The notes under the pieces are model-generated. The model did not search any database and was not told where the DNA came from. It worked only from the letters and a program-made list of their open reading frames with translations. A program made the translations under genes and the position numbers. From Lytechinus pictus (lineage: Eukaryota): a DNA stretch of 64,000 nucleotides. Location of the stretch: contig NC_087256.1 of assembly GCF_037042905.1 (NCBI RefSeq), positions 11,098,001-11,162,000 on the forward strand, given 5' to 3'. Position 1 is the first letter of the stretch, and the number at the start of each line of letters is the position of its first letter. Shown here piece by piece: positions 50,901 to 60,600 of the stretch.

Positions 50901-53900
50901 CAAACGTTTGACGACTAAAAGGATTTCTATCAGGATGTAAATTACATTTTTAACCCATTACTGCTCATGAATATCAGAATGCTGTTCACTAATCACCTTT
51001 TCGGGGGTCAACATCAAGTCTGTAACTATCAATTTACAATATTACTATCATATAGAAAAGTATAGCCTAGTATCGTCTACTTTTAATTAGTACTTTTGTT
51101 TGCCAAAAGAAGAATGGCGATAAGACGGAAAAAATGACAATGTTCTCTTTTTATTTCTACCTATTTCGACAATCAAAATCACGATCATCGAAGGTANNNN
51201 NNNNNNNNNNNNNNNNNNNNNNNNNNNNNNNNNNNNNNNNNNNNNNNNNNNNNNNNNNNNNNNNNNNNNNNNNNNNNNNNNNNNNNNNNNNNNNNNNNNN
51301 NNNNNNNNNNNNNNNNNNNNNNNNNTCCTTATTCCTCATTCTTTTAAAATATACATAAGTGAGGAAGAGTAAAATAAGGAGAAGTAAATGAATACAAGAA
51401 TAAAATATAGATTTCCATTTTTTAATGAGACCGGAAGCTGTTCGAACAAAGGATATGCTTCTTACAGCGGAAAATGATTCATGTCTTTGTGTGTTAGTTG
51501 GTGTGGGGTGTGTGCGTGTGTGGAAACGTGTCTTCAAAAGACCATGTGTTATTTCCTGAACAGTATATCATCAGTCAAAATGCTTATCTTATCAAACCAC
51601 GGGGTTCAATAATATGAAATATCATTATGTTACAAACTATAGGTCATCAATTACTATGGCTGTGTCTTCTGGTGTAACGTTCCAAAGATTCTCACAGACC
51701 TCATTTTAGATTATAGACGCATAGGCCTATCATGGCAGTCTGGCCTATATAGTTCTTCTACATGTAGTAGGCCGAATTGTAAATATCCAAATAATGATGA
51801 AAAGACAGGATCTTTTTTAATAACTGCTAATTGCTTTATTGACCACACCACAGTTAGTCTAATTGTGAATAATAACATTCAGAAAGTCATGTTTTATCGG
51901 TAGTATATGAATCATGATAATTGCATAAATGCCAGTCAAATTCACATTTTATAACAAAAAGCGAAAATTCAGATTTGATAAAGAAAACGAAATGTTTTTC
52001 CAACAAACATAATAAATGAAAGAAGTATTGCTGACATCCTTTTCAGCTCGCTAATAATTAAAAAAATGAGTGTCAGGTTCGTTGCTCTACTTCATCGATA
52101 TCGTATAAAATGAAATGGGAAATGCCTTGACATTGCTTTTTCAATATCTTTGAATTAATGACTGTGAATATTATCAACTTAACAGAATGAAGAATATGTA
52201 TTTCAAATGAAATCAATTAATTTTTTTTTTCATTGAGAATTATCTTTTTTTATACTCTGTATATCGGTTACAAATATTTTGTGATTGTGATGTTTCAAAT
52301 AGAGTTGGAAGGAGCCTCCTGATATGCAGTGGCTTTCGTATCTATCTACGTAGTTGTGTGCTACTGTTGTCTTTTTTTAAGAAGTTCCCCCCCCCCCTCT
52401 CTCTCTCTCTATCTATCGTGTTTAGTTTTTCTTTCAGCGTCTTCAATATAAGATATGGTTGCAATCAAAGATGATGGTCGTTGTAACTACAACAGTATGA
52501 CCGAAACTCGTAGAAACCTTGGTCTTTGATTCTTATCATAAGTGGATTGATAGGCCTAAGGTTGATCAAGAGGCTCCCTCCTTGTTCGTCAATAAGCAGA
52601 CAAATGAAATTTAATATCTAGTCGAAAGAAACTTATCGAACTTTTGCATCTCTATCCATCCCATTTTACCTAAACTATAGTTGATTCAGCTTTCAGTTTT
52701 GGATGTAGAGTGCTCTTGAGGGCTATTGGACTGCTGTGAAATGTAATGGCAGGGGCGCCAACCATCTTGGGAGGGACCGACCAATCGGGATTAAAGTCCT
52801 AATAACTTGAATTTTATGAAGAAACATACAAGCAAAGCATTATTGTTAGCATTATTTTGTTTTCAAGCTTGAAAAAAATCTGAGCAATGTGCATGTTTTG
52901 CACGTTTATTCAGTAAGAATTAACTTCATGTGTTGCGAGAGAGTGGCGGTCAATTGAACTTGATATTGATGGGATTGTTACAATTTTTTTTTCCTTTTAT
53001 TCAGGAGGTTCTGGGGAAACATATAAATGTTTAAATGAATGAAAAGATGGAACACGAGACCTTATTATAACTAGTTACTTATAAATTTTCAAGTTATGGT
53101 CATTTTATTAATAAGGAGTATTTATTGCGGGTTTTTTTTTCGATAAAAGTAGAAAGATCAATATTTGTAGGCATAGTTGATGCTCTTCTTATTGATCTAC
53201 ATGTATTTGATATATTCTAATTCTTAAAATATTCGACCTCTGGGCGCCGTTGCATAAAATTATGGTAACTTTGCAATTATGATGGTAACCTCCATAGAAT
53301 CTTTGATTTCAGTTGGCTGTTGAGCATCGTTACCATGGTAATTACAATTGGATGAAAAAATAGTACTTTTATGCACGGGGCCCTGATGCTAATATATAAT
53401 TTTAATGGCCATCCTGATACCGGAGATGAACAAACAAAGTACAATTCTGCTTCGATCATGTCTGAGTTCCGATCAACCTGGCTAATCTAAATAGACATGT
53501 TAATTTGCGCTGCTTCCCCCTGCTCCCGCCTTTGGGACACGACCTCACGACCGAGCCAGAATGAGTCCCAAGGGTAGCAGCGAACCTGATTCACGCGCTT
53601 ATCATCCCATTACTATGTTTTCATATCAGTTTGTATCGAAGCAAAGACGGGAACTGAATAATGCTTTTGTGTGATCAAAATTGAATTATAAGTGATGATG
53701 TCGGAGGTTGAATCATATCACGTCTGTATTGTGATTTTCAACTGAGCCGTACTTTCCTCTTGATGTTACACTGTTAAAAATAATTTAAACAACGCTGTTT
53801 AGTATATGAATCGCACCGTAGTTGTTTAAATATTTTAAACAAGTGTTAAAATCATAAACAACAAATATTTAATTCAAATATTTAATCATCAATAATTTAA

Positions 53901-56900
53901 GCATGGTTGTTTACAAATTTTAACACTTGTTTAAACTATTTAAACAACTACTGTGCGATTCACGTAGTAAACAGAGTTGTTTAAATTATTTTTAACAGTG
54001 TATGGTATTGGTGAGGGGGGATGAAGACAGAAATTAGGCGGAACCCTGGGAGAGAGAGAGATAGAGAGGGAAAGAGAGGGTAAAGATGGTGAGAGAGGGC
54101 CCAGAGGGGGTGAGAAGGGATGAGAACGAGAGAGAGCGTAAGAGAGGGGGAGGGGGTGAAAAAGAGGATGAGAGAGGTGTCACAAGAGAGAAAGAAAGGG
54201 GGATGAAAAAAAGACAAACTGAATACCAAATCAATTTAATAAAAATAATAATTATAACTAGTCAACGGAAAATAAAGTAAAAAAATTATGGTTTCTTTGG
54301 AAAAGCTTGTGGTTAGAATGAAAACCCATTATGCAGACCTTTAGGGCTTTAATATCAAACACAAAGATATAACGAGTCCACCATGTCACTATATAATTTC
54401 GTACCTTTGAATAATATGAAATAGAATATCAGGAAATGATATATTAACGTTTGACTTTGAAATTTGACATTCCCACTTTATAATGGTTTACATTCAGAGA
54501 TTCACTTTCTCTTCATCATGTCATATAAAAGTGCAAAGTTTTCAATGTCGAATCGCACATCTCTTTATAAATTTCATTTTTATCGGAAAAGGCCTATTTC
54601 GATCCAATTCAGGTTCAGTTTCTTGAGAGTCTCTGCAAAGTTCTATGATACATGTATATCCGATATGAATGTAATGTTCTATACTTTTCTACCGTGATTA
54701 CAATCTTACTTAATGTTATTAGAGGAACTCAATGCTTCAATTTTATTATTACTTGATATTTCGTTAAATAAGTTAATTCAGGTAGATCAAATTGACATGT
54801 AAACCCTCTCAGCATAATATAAAACATATTATACCAATACTTTGCAAATCATACATCGTTTTATTTTTTACCTTGTGTCGCGGAAATCATAGAGGGGAAG
54901 TTATCGCAAAAACACGGATAAATTGGCTGAATTTACTGTATCAAATGGGACTGACATAACAAATTAATTGGTGCAATAGCTTCCGGGATCGAGTGGTAAC
55001 GAGGTCTTAACTTCCGTGATAATCATGCCCATGAATTAAAAAAAAAACTTATATCGATAAGCCGGTATCATGCAGGGAAATGCAGGGAAATACTCCAGGG
55101 GCCGCGGAAACGGGGGGGGGGGGCTGTGGGGGCTTCAGCCCCTCACTTTTTTTTTTCCAAAACCGTGTACAAAAAGAATTAAATTACCATCTGATTACGA
55201 TTTTTTGCATGGTTCCCCCCCCCCCCTCCACTTTCAAAACCGTTCCGCGGCCCTTGTACTCTTCTTATCGTGTTCACTGCATTACATTGGGTTAGTGGTT
55301 AATTTTGAAATAACTTTAACATGACTTTCTGGACAAACTTCGTTTTTTCGGTCATTGCCATGTGATTTTGTCCTCCTCATACAGCCTACTATATATTTGT
55401 CTATATTCCTCCTATACTATACGCTGTGATTTCAAGAGATTGTTTGATCCGTTTATAGAGGAGAGATATAGGCTGCTGTACAAAATTAGAAATGTTAGAG
55501 GAGGGCACGCCCCCCTCCCGTCCCCCGGGATTATTGTCCATGATTCTANNNNNNNNNNNNNNNNNNNNNNNNNNNNNNNNNNNNNNNNNNNNNNNNNNNN
55601 NNNNNNNNNNNNNNNNNNNNNNNNNNNNNNNNNNNNNNNNNNNNNNNNNNNNNNNNNNNNNNNNNNNNNNNNNNNNNNNNNNNNNNNNNNNNNNNNNNNN
55701 NNNNNNNNNNNNNNNNNNNNNNNNNNNNNNNNNNNNNNNNNNNNNNNNNNNNNNNNNNNNNNNNNNNNNNNNNNNNNNNNNNNTAGTATTGTAGTCTATT
55801 ACTTCTACTATAGGCCTGAACGTTATTTTATTTTTTAGCTCTAATCATATTTCTCATGATATCAGTCTTATTAAATAATAAACGACAGATAATAACTTAA
55901 ATCGACTGGAGTTTCTATAATCGGTTTATGGTAATCATCTGAATATTTCCATTCGACCTTTTATAATGAAAACGGTATATGTGTCGGGTAGTATAGGTAT
56001 ATGATAGGATACCATGAAATTGGATGTTATCGTGATCGCTTTATGCTCTTGATGGCAGCGGAAGTTTTTGAACAAACAGCAAATCAATAAACACTGAACG
56101 GCGCAAATTACCTTAGCACGAGCTGTATCTATTGGTTGTCAGGAGGTGGATATCTTTATAAGGCAGGCCAGGAAGTGATTGCTAGCGAGAACTATATCCT
56201 GTCCCTGTCTTTTGTGGCACTGATTATGATCATAGTCATGATACTACTACAACCTGATCATCATGTTTTGTAGAGATATACTGTACATGTAAATGTATGA
56301 ATATATACCCGTGGAACACTATAATATAGGACCGACTTTCCCGCCTTATAGCTGGCCGGGTCGATGAGACCCAACACATGGCTTGTACACAGACTGACAA
56401 GACAACAACCAACTGGATCTAATAAAGCCGATTTCCTGTCGCCCATTACAAAATATTAACGCTGATGAAATATGCTTTAGGTATAAGGGTATTAGTGGGG
56501 AATTGTTATGGTAGTTTAGCATGGGATATTTAGGGCAAGGTTACAAAGGGCAAATACACGCCGTTCATGTTGTGGGGTTTATACTCATTATTCTTATCTG
56601 TAAGTAGAGGGATATCGTTAACAAGCACGACATAATTATAAAAGAAAAATACAATGATTTAACACTTCCATATATCGGCTAGACAGTTGCTTGCCGGCAC
56701 TATAGACAATCATAGTTCAAATTCCAAGAAGGAACCCCATACAGTTCACTATTTCGTTTTGGGTTTTTTCCCGTTTTTTTTTCTTTTACATGGTATATAC
56801 TTTGTCAAATTGAATATTTTTATTTCTTTTGAAAATCAAACTTAAAAACGATTTATTTATTTTTTGTCAAATTGAATTTGAATTTTTCCAATTGCATTTT

Positions 56901-59900
56901 TATATATTTACTTCTAACCCAAGAGATTTAGAGTCTGGATTCTATAGATTTTGTTATCCATCCATCCTATTGATTTATTCTGTTTTATTTGCCCAGGGTA
57001 TAATGCACAAACAATATACCAGAGGGCAATTTCGATTATAATGCTTTACAAATCGTTGCTGCGCTGATATAAAAATATATGGAAGTAAAAAAATAAGGTA
57101 AACCGTACTCCAGTCCTGATATTACCTAATATAGTTTTAGGGTCAATGTTCGAGCATTCTATCCATAATAGATAATAATATATGAGATTACGTGGGGATA
57201 ATTATGCCCTCCAAAATATCAGCGATATTCATATAACATGTATAAGTTTGATTGTTTTCTTCAATAGACCGATATGACTTAGATTTTAAAAAATACGAAT
57301 ATACTCAAAGACAATTATTGTAACACAAATCAACAAGTGTCAATATTGTTGGGCATTAAAGTGTAATCAATATCAAACGCATTTAAACACCAAATCATTC
57401 CGTTTATAGTTACATCTATCGAGCCCAACTGAGATAAATATGATATGAGTGGAACTCTATTTAAAAATGTAAAATGAGCAAGAGAACTCTCCTTTGTACT
57501 CTTCACAAATGTAAAATGGTTGTATTTTTAACTGAAATACTTTTTATGAACAACTTGTTGCAGTTCAAACAATAAAATCGTTAAAACAGCATTTTAAATA
57601 ATATTGATCTTGGCCTATATAGTGGTATAGTGTTTGAGCAAAGAAATACATTTTAATGTCTATATTGTTCATTATTTTCATCATCAATCTACTATAGTCA
57701 TAAATATATAATCTAAGAATATTGATTATCAAAATCTCTTCAATATCCGCAAATATACCGTGTCCCTAATCTAATTTTTGACGACTGCCTGGAAAATGAC
57801 TACTCTTGTCAATAGAACTCCCCTTTTTTGCTTTATATTAAAACGAACATTTAAATATTGACATAGGATCTCCCTTTAACGTATTAAAATACATTTTATA
57901 ACCTAATGATTCTCTTAAATGCACAAGTTACTGTCTTGCTCTGACAGGATGTTTTCACAGTAGTGAATATGAATAGATTATAATTTTTCTTTCAGAAACA
58001 AAGTATTTAGGTCTGACTTTCATTCTATCGGTAAGAATATCAGCGGTTTGTAATCCATGGATCTGAAGAAAAAAAATGCCCATCTCAAAATCAAAACAAA
58101 ATGGTGACATAAAATTCATAATGAATAATATTGAACGTGCCTGTCATGTCGAATTTCCAACTTAATGTTTTACAATTACGAACTAGCCTGCAAACATATA
58201 AAGTTAAAGTGATTGGTCGGATTTCTTTTAAGATTGGTTTTACTTAGATCGATGGAATAATCATGACATCAACCTTTAAAGTTGCGAAGGCTCTGGCTCA
58301 ATATATTAGCACAAGATGTCACATCAGCCAATGTGCATTGCTAAAACTTGCTCAGTGAAGATTTCTACTCTCTTTATATTTTAAACCTATATGAACAACA
58401 ACTTAAGGACTAATTGGACTTGGAAAATGAATTCAATCATATTCTAATTAATAACAATGGTAGTCAAATGGTAGAGTTATCCATACTATTTTTACCGCGA
58501 TAACGTAGCAACAAATATATTGTAAAATATTTCTTCCTACATAAAAATTATACAAAAAAATATAATACTATACGTAAGAAACATCATAATTCCCATTAAT
58601 CTTGTGATATCCTAAAAGCACTTTTGATATGCTTTTTTACAGTTTTGAGGTCTTTAGATGACAGGCATAATCAAACATCACGGGTAATAAATCCTGAAAA
58701 GGAATGCTTCCTTCTCTGTCTTTTAATGAAAGTCAAGCCCACATTCGAAATATTCCCTACTCTAAATTTCTTTCCAAAAACAAGTTATCTATGATTTAAT
58801 CAAAATATGACAAAGATAATGTGTGCATCGATGCATTCCATATCATCATCGAATAAAGTGACATCTTTAGTATGTGACTGAATGAGATTCTATGAATATC
58901 TACAAATACCTGTTATGGTTTCTTAATAATACAAGTAAAACAACTGTTTGCAATAAGGAACTTTCAGTAAAAAAAAACTTCGGTTGCGCTAATATTCCAA
59001 CTCAATCGTAAATAAAAACAAGTTTCGTCATGATAATAAGTTATTTCACCTTCAAAGTTCGTCGTATAAATAGTTGTATATCGCACTAAACAAAGAATGA
59101 TAAATTTTTGCTAAATTTTTGCAAAAATTTTGCTAAAGTTTTGCTAAAACTTAATACAACTTTAAGAACGTATTTACTCTGTGGAAAGAACAACATCACG
59201 AATATAACCTATAACGAGAAAGATGAGTATATGTTTTACTGTGGGATTTACAGTGGATTTACATGACAATATGACGACACGTAAAACTGATACAGGTATA
59301 GTTATGAATATAAAAGTAAACTGATAGAAACTGTTCACAATACTTTGAACTGTGCTTGCTTTTCTATTTTGATCTCAAACACACCTTCTTTTCTTTTCCT
59401 TTTTTTCATTAATTTAGGCTTATTAATTTATTCGTCTAACAATTAATGATATAAATGTATTTTCGAAATAATCCTTACCTTTTGAGAAGTGATCAACTCT
59501 GTCTAGGAATGAGTGCGGGTAATCGTTTCTACTGTACGGATACAGAGCTGTGGGGGAGGTAAATCCAGTCGTACTGTATGTCAGCGGTGAGGATGCCGCC
59601 AGCCCGCCAGGTACGGCGGCGGGATCGTAGTAAGCACCGGTAGGATGCTGAGGCTGTCCGTACGGCGATGGTCCGAACGAAGGTCCCGGGAACGTGGGCG
59701 TAGGTCTGGTGGGCGTCGTAGGGTGAGAGGCGTGCGAGAGAGCTGTGATATTTTGAATGTTTGCTGCTGCAGCAGCCCTAGTCTGTCCCAAGATATTTTC
59801 AATAGAAAATGAGGTGTGTGAGGGATTGGAATGTGAAGGTGAAGAGTGGCTTAGAAAGTTGTGAGGATGTCCTGGCAGGCTTGGTAATTGTTGAATTGGG

Positions 59901-59992
59901 GTAGGAGCTACCAATGGACTTGGGTGGTTTACCATACCTAAACCACCCGCACCCGGCCCACTGCTGGGCATGGCGTACGGTATAGTCGACAT
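20762..59992 (-). CDS. Hhex: Hhex/Hex (PRH) homeobox transcription factor, full coding span; 4 exons, 966 nt CDS, 321 aa
   Basis: Exons of 514+191+51+210 nt join through GT-AG sites with consistent phases (1,0,0). The homeodomain [60 protein letters not shown] differs from vertebrate HHEX, as I recall it, at about 4 positions. It has a Pro-rich N-terminus with an eh1/TN motif and an acidic C-terminus. Confidence 0.95.
21423..21555. mobile_element. Short Harbinger-like MITE, CTG TSD
   Basis: CTG|GGATCATTTCATGAGA ... TCTTAATGAAATGTTCC|CTG; internal CTGATTGG. Confidence 0.65.
22215..22440. mobile_element. CAC-ended MITE in Hhex intron 3; inverted paralogue of 49742-49972
   Basis: Termini ACTCTTAAAATATTTGGGCAA / TTGCCCAACATTTTAAGTGTG; the reverse complement aligns end to end with 49742-49972. 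Confidence 0.8.
24102..24152 (-). CDS. Hhex: Hhex exon 3, 51 nt: [17 protein letters not shown] (homeodomain helix 3)
   Basis: Read directly: ttcttccttttccgattctatttag|GTA AAA ACC TGG TTT CAG AAC AGA AGA GCA AAG TGG AGG CGA TTA AAA CAG|gtaatt. Too short for the ORF track. Confidence 0.96.
24264..24307 (+). mobile_element. 44-bp poly(A)-tailed retro-insertion with 18-bp TSD
   Basis: AATACCGTACGTATAAGC at 24246-63 and 24308-25 brackets a short sequence ending in an A-run. Confidence 0.65.
28466..28638 (-). mobile_element. Putative 7SL-RNA-derived (Alu-like) SINE, 173 bp, sense-oriented in Hhex intron 2
   Basis: The minus strand begins GCTGGGCGTTGTGGCGTGCGCTTGTAATCCAAGCT, 27/35 identical to the human 7SL 5' end as I recall it. 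Then B-box GGTTCGAGCCC, Nin/Deu-like CTTTCGGATGGTGACGTTAAAGGTCGGTCCC, stem CAGACGT..ACGTCTG and a (CA)n tail. Confidence 0.75.
30006..30197 (+). mobile_element. CAGGGG-ended G/C-tract MITE with 5-bp TSD CTAAT
   Basis: CTAAT|CAGGGGCCGTGGAAGCGG ... CCGTTCCGCGGCCTCTG|CTAAT; homologous to 55096-55256. Confidence 0.85.
31972..32213. mobile_element. CACT-ended MITE with about 47-bp TIRs, 2-bp TG TSD (EnSpm/CACTA-like)
   Basis: TG|CACTGCAAAAACTCCGGTGTTGATTTAA ... TTAAATCAACACCGGAGTTTTTGCAGTG|TG. Confidence 0.88.
33585..34492. mobile_element. CACT-ended MITE (host of 33877-34468)
   Basis: TA|TACTGTTTAAAAAA ... TTTTTTAACAGTG|TA. Confidence 0.7.
33877..34468. mobile_element. Second TTAA-flanked MITE family (592 bp), nested in a CACT-ended MITE
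   Basis: TTAA|AGGGGAATCCAGCC ... GGTTGGATTCCCCT|TTAA. Confidence 0.88.
34549..34739 (-). CDS. Hhex: Hhex exon 2 (GKPFLWNPF peptide and homeodomain helices 1-2)
   Basis: Poly-T tract then ...ccttgtag|TTGCAG acceptor; donor AGACAG|GTAAGA at 34549/34548. Two further in-frame AGs would start the exon at 34733 or 34727. Confidence 0.93.
35057..35331 (+). mobile_element. 5'-truncated copy of the 46780-47122 SINE family
   Basis: Near-identical body (TTGGCAAGGCGTTAATCCACACTTTGCCACT...GGGAGTGGAAATTGTGCAC) and (ATT)n tail; no tRNA head. Confidence 0.88.
39429..39683. mobile_element. CACT-ended MITE, 2-bp AA TSD
   Basis: AA|CACTGTAAAAAAATATTGGGTAAAA..GAGGGTAATTATG / CATAATTACCCTC..TTTTACCCAATATGTTTTAGAGTG|AA. 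Confidence 0.82.
46780..47122 (+). mobile_element. tRNA-derived CORE-like SINE, near full length, antisense in Hhex intron 1
   Basis: A-box TGGTGTGGTGG, B-box GTTCGAATCC, CTTTGGCAAGGCGTTAATCC..AAATGGGTACC, AAAGCGCTTT..AAAGCGCTTT stem, (ATT)n tail. Confidence 0.88.
49742..49972. mobile_element. CAC-ended MITE in Hhex intron 1; same family as 22215-22440
   Basis: TA|CACACTTAAATTGTTAGGCAACATACTGTCCAC ... TTGCCCAACTTTTTAAGAGTA|TA. Confidence 0.8.
53243..53382. mobile_element. Short Harbinger-like MITE, CTG TSD
   Basis: CTG|GGCGCCGTTGCATAAAA ... TTTTATGCACGGGGCC|CTG. Confidence 0.7.
53769..54000. mobile_element. Nearly fully palindromic CACT-ended MITE (232 bp), TA TSD
   Basis: TA|CACTGTTAAAAATAATTTAAACAAC ... 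GTTGTTTAAATTATTTTTAACAGTG|TA; arms pair over about 90-100 bp. Confidence 0.88.
54050..54205 (+). repeat. GA-rich low-complexity tract (a CT-rich counterpart lies at about 28004-28070)
   Basis: Purine-rich gagagagag... run. Confidence 0.8.
55096..55256 (+). mobile_element. Same family, 5-bp TSD TACTC
   Basis: TACTC|CAGGGGCCGCGGAAACGG ... CCGTTCCGCGGCCCTTG|TACTC. Confidence 0.85.
59101..59149. repeat. 11-bp tandem repeat (CTAAATTTTTG-like) x about 4.5
   Basis: taaatttttg ctaaatttttg caaaaattttg ctaaagttttg ctaaaa. Confidence 0.8.
59479..59992 (-). CDS. Hhex: Hhex exon 1 coding part (Pro-rich domain, eh1/TN motif FSIENILG at 59786-59809)
   Basis: ORF 59423..59992. Donor AAAG|GTAAGG at 59479/59478, phase 1. 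Motifs APTPI, SFSIENILG and LYPYSRNDY resemble the Hhex N-terminus. Confidence 0.9.
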
Positions 59993-60219
59993 AATTCCCG
60001 GTGCACGAAAAAGTATCCAGAAATGCGGTGTTGAACTTTACAAACAACTCTTTTTAAACTCCTAGAATCTCAAAACAAAGTGTCTTGGGTTGCTTGCGGT
60101 CCTAAATGCAGAGCACAAGTTGACAATCAAAGACACAACTGAGCATTGCCCCTGTCAAACAAGTCATGTCAAATATGAACTTGAGATAGACTTCACTCCG
60201 TTCACCGACCGGTCACAGC

Positions 60220-60600
60220 TAGGGAATAAACACACTGACTGGTTAGAGCGAGCCAAGATCAGATCTTTGATTATGAAATTTATTAACGACAAGCTACAAT
60301 CCATAATATTTAGTCAACATCACAACAAAGATAACACTGCATGCACGTTAGCTGATGCCTGATCGAAGCAGCTATAGCTCCACGGAGGCGCTTCGGGACA
60401 AATTCTCCACGAACTCGCCCACTTTTCAGTGTGAGCAGACGAACAATAGGCAACGAAGTTTTCAGCAAGAAAGATAACGATCCTTTATTTGGGGGCGGGG
60501 CTAACAAGCGAACCACCGTCTGTCAATCACCTGCGAGGCTGATTAATCACCACATCCGGGCTCCTTATACTAGTAACCTTTGTGCGCTGATTGGTTGTGA
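60220..60600 (-). promoter_or_regulatory. Putative Hhex proximal promoter / 5' regulatory region
   Basis: CCAAT (60590-94), ETS-type CCGGATGTG (60551-59), GC box GGGGGCGGGG (60491-500), GATA AGATAA (60329-34, 60472-77), Sox AACAAT (60442), TCF CTTTGAT (60265-71), Fox AATAAACA (60225-32) and Inr-like TCAGT (60234-38), 230-600 bp upstream of the ATG. Confidence 0.5.

Noticed and set aside
48863-52558. Three TAGGCCTA palindromes (48863, 51722, 52551)
   Set aside because: Too few to separate from chance (roughly one expected in the window) without genome-wide counts.
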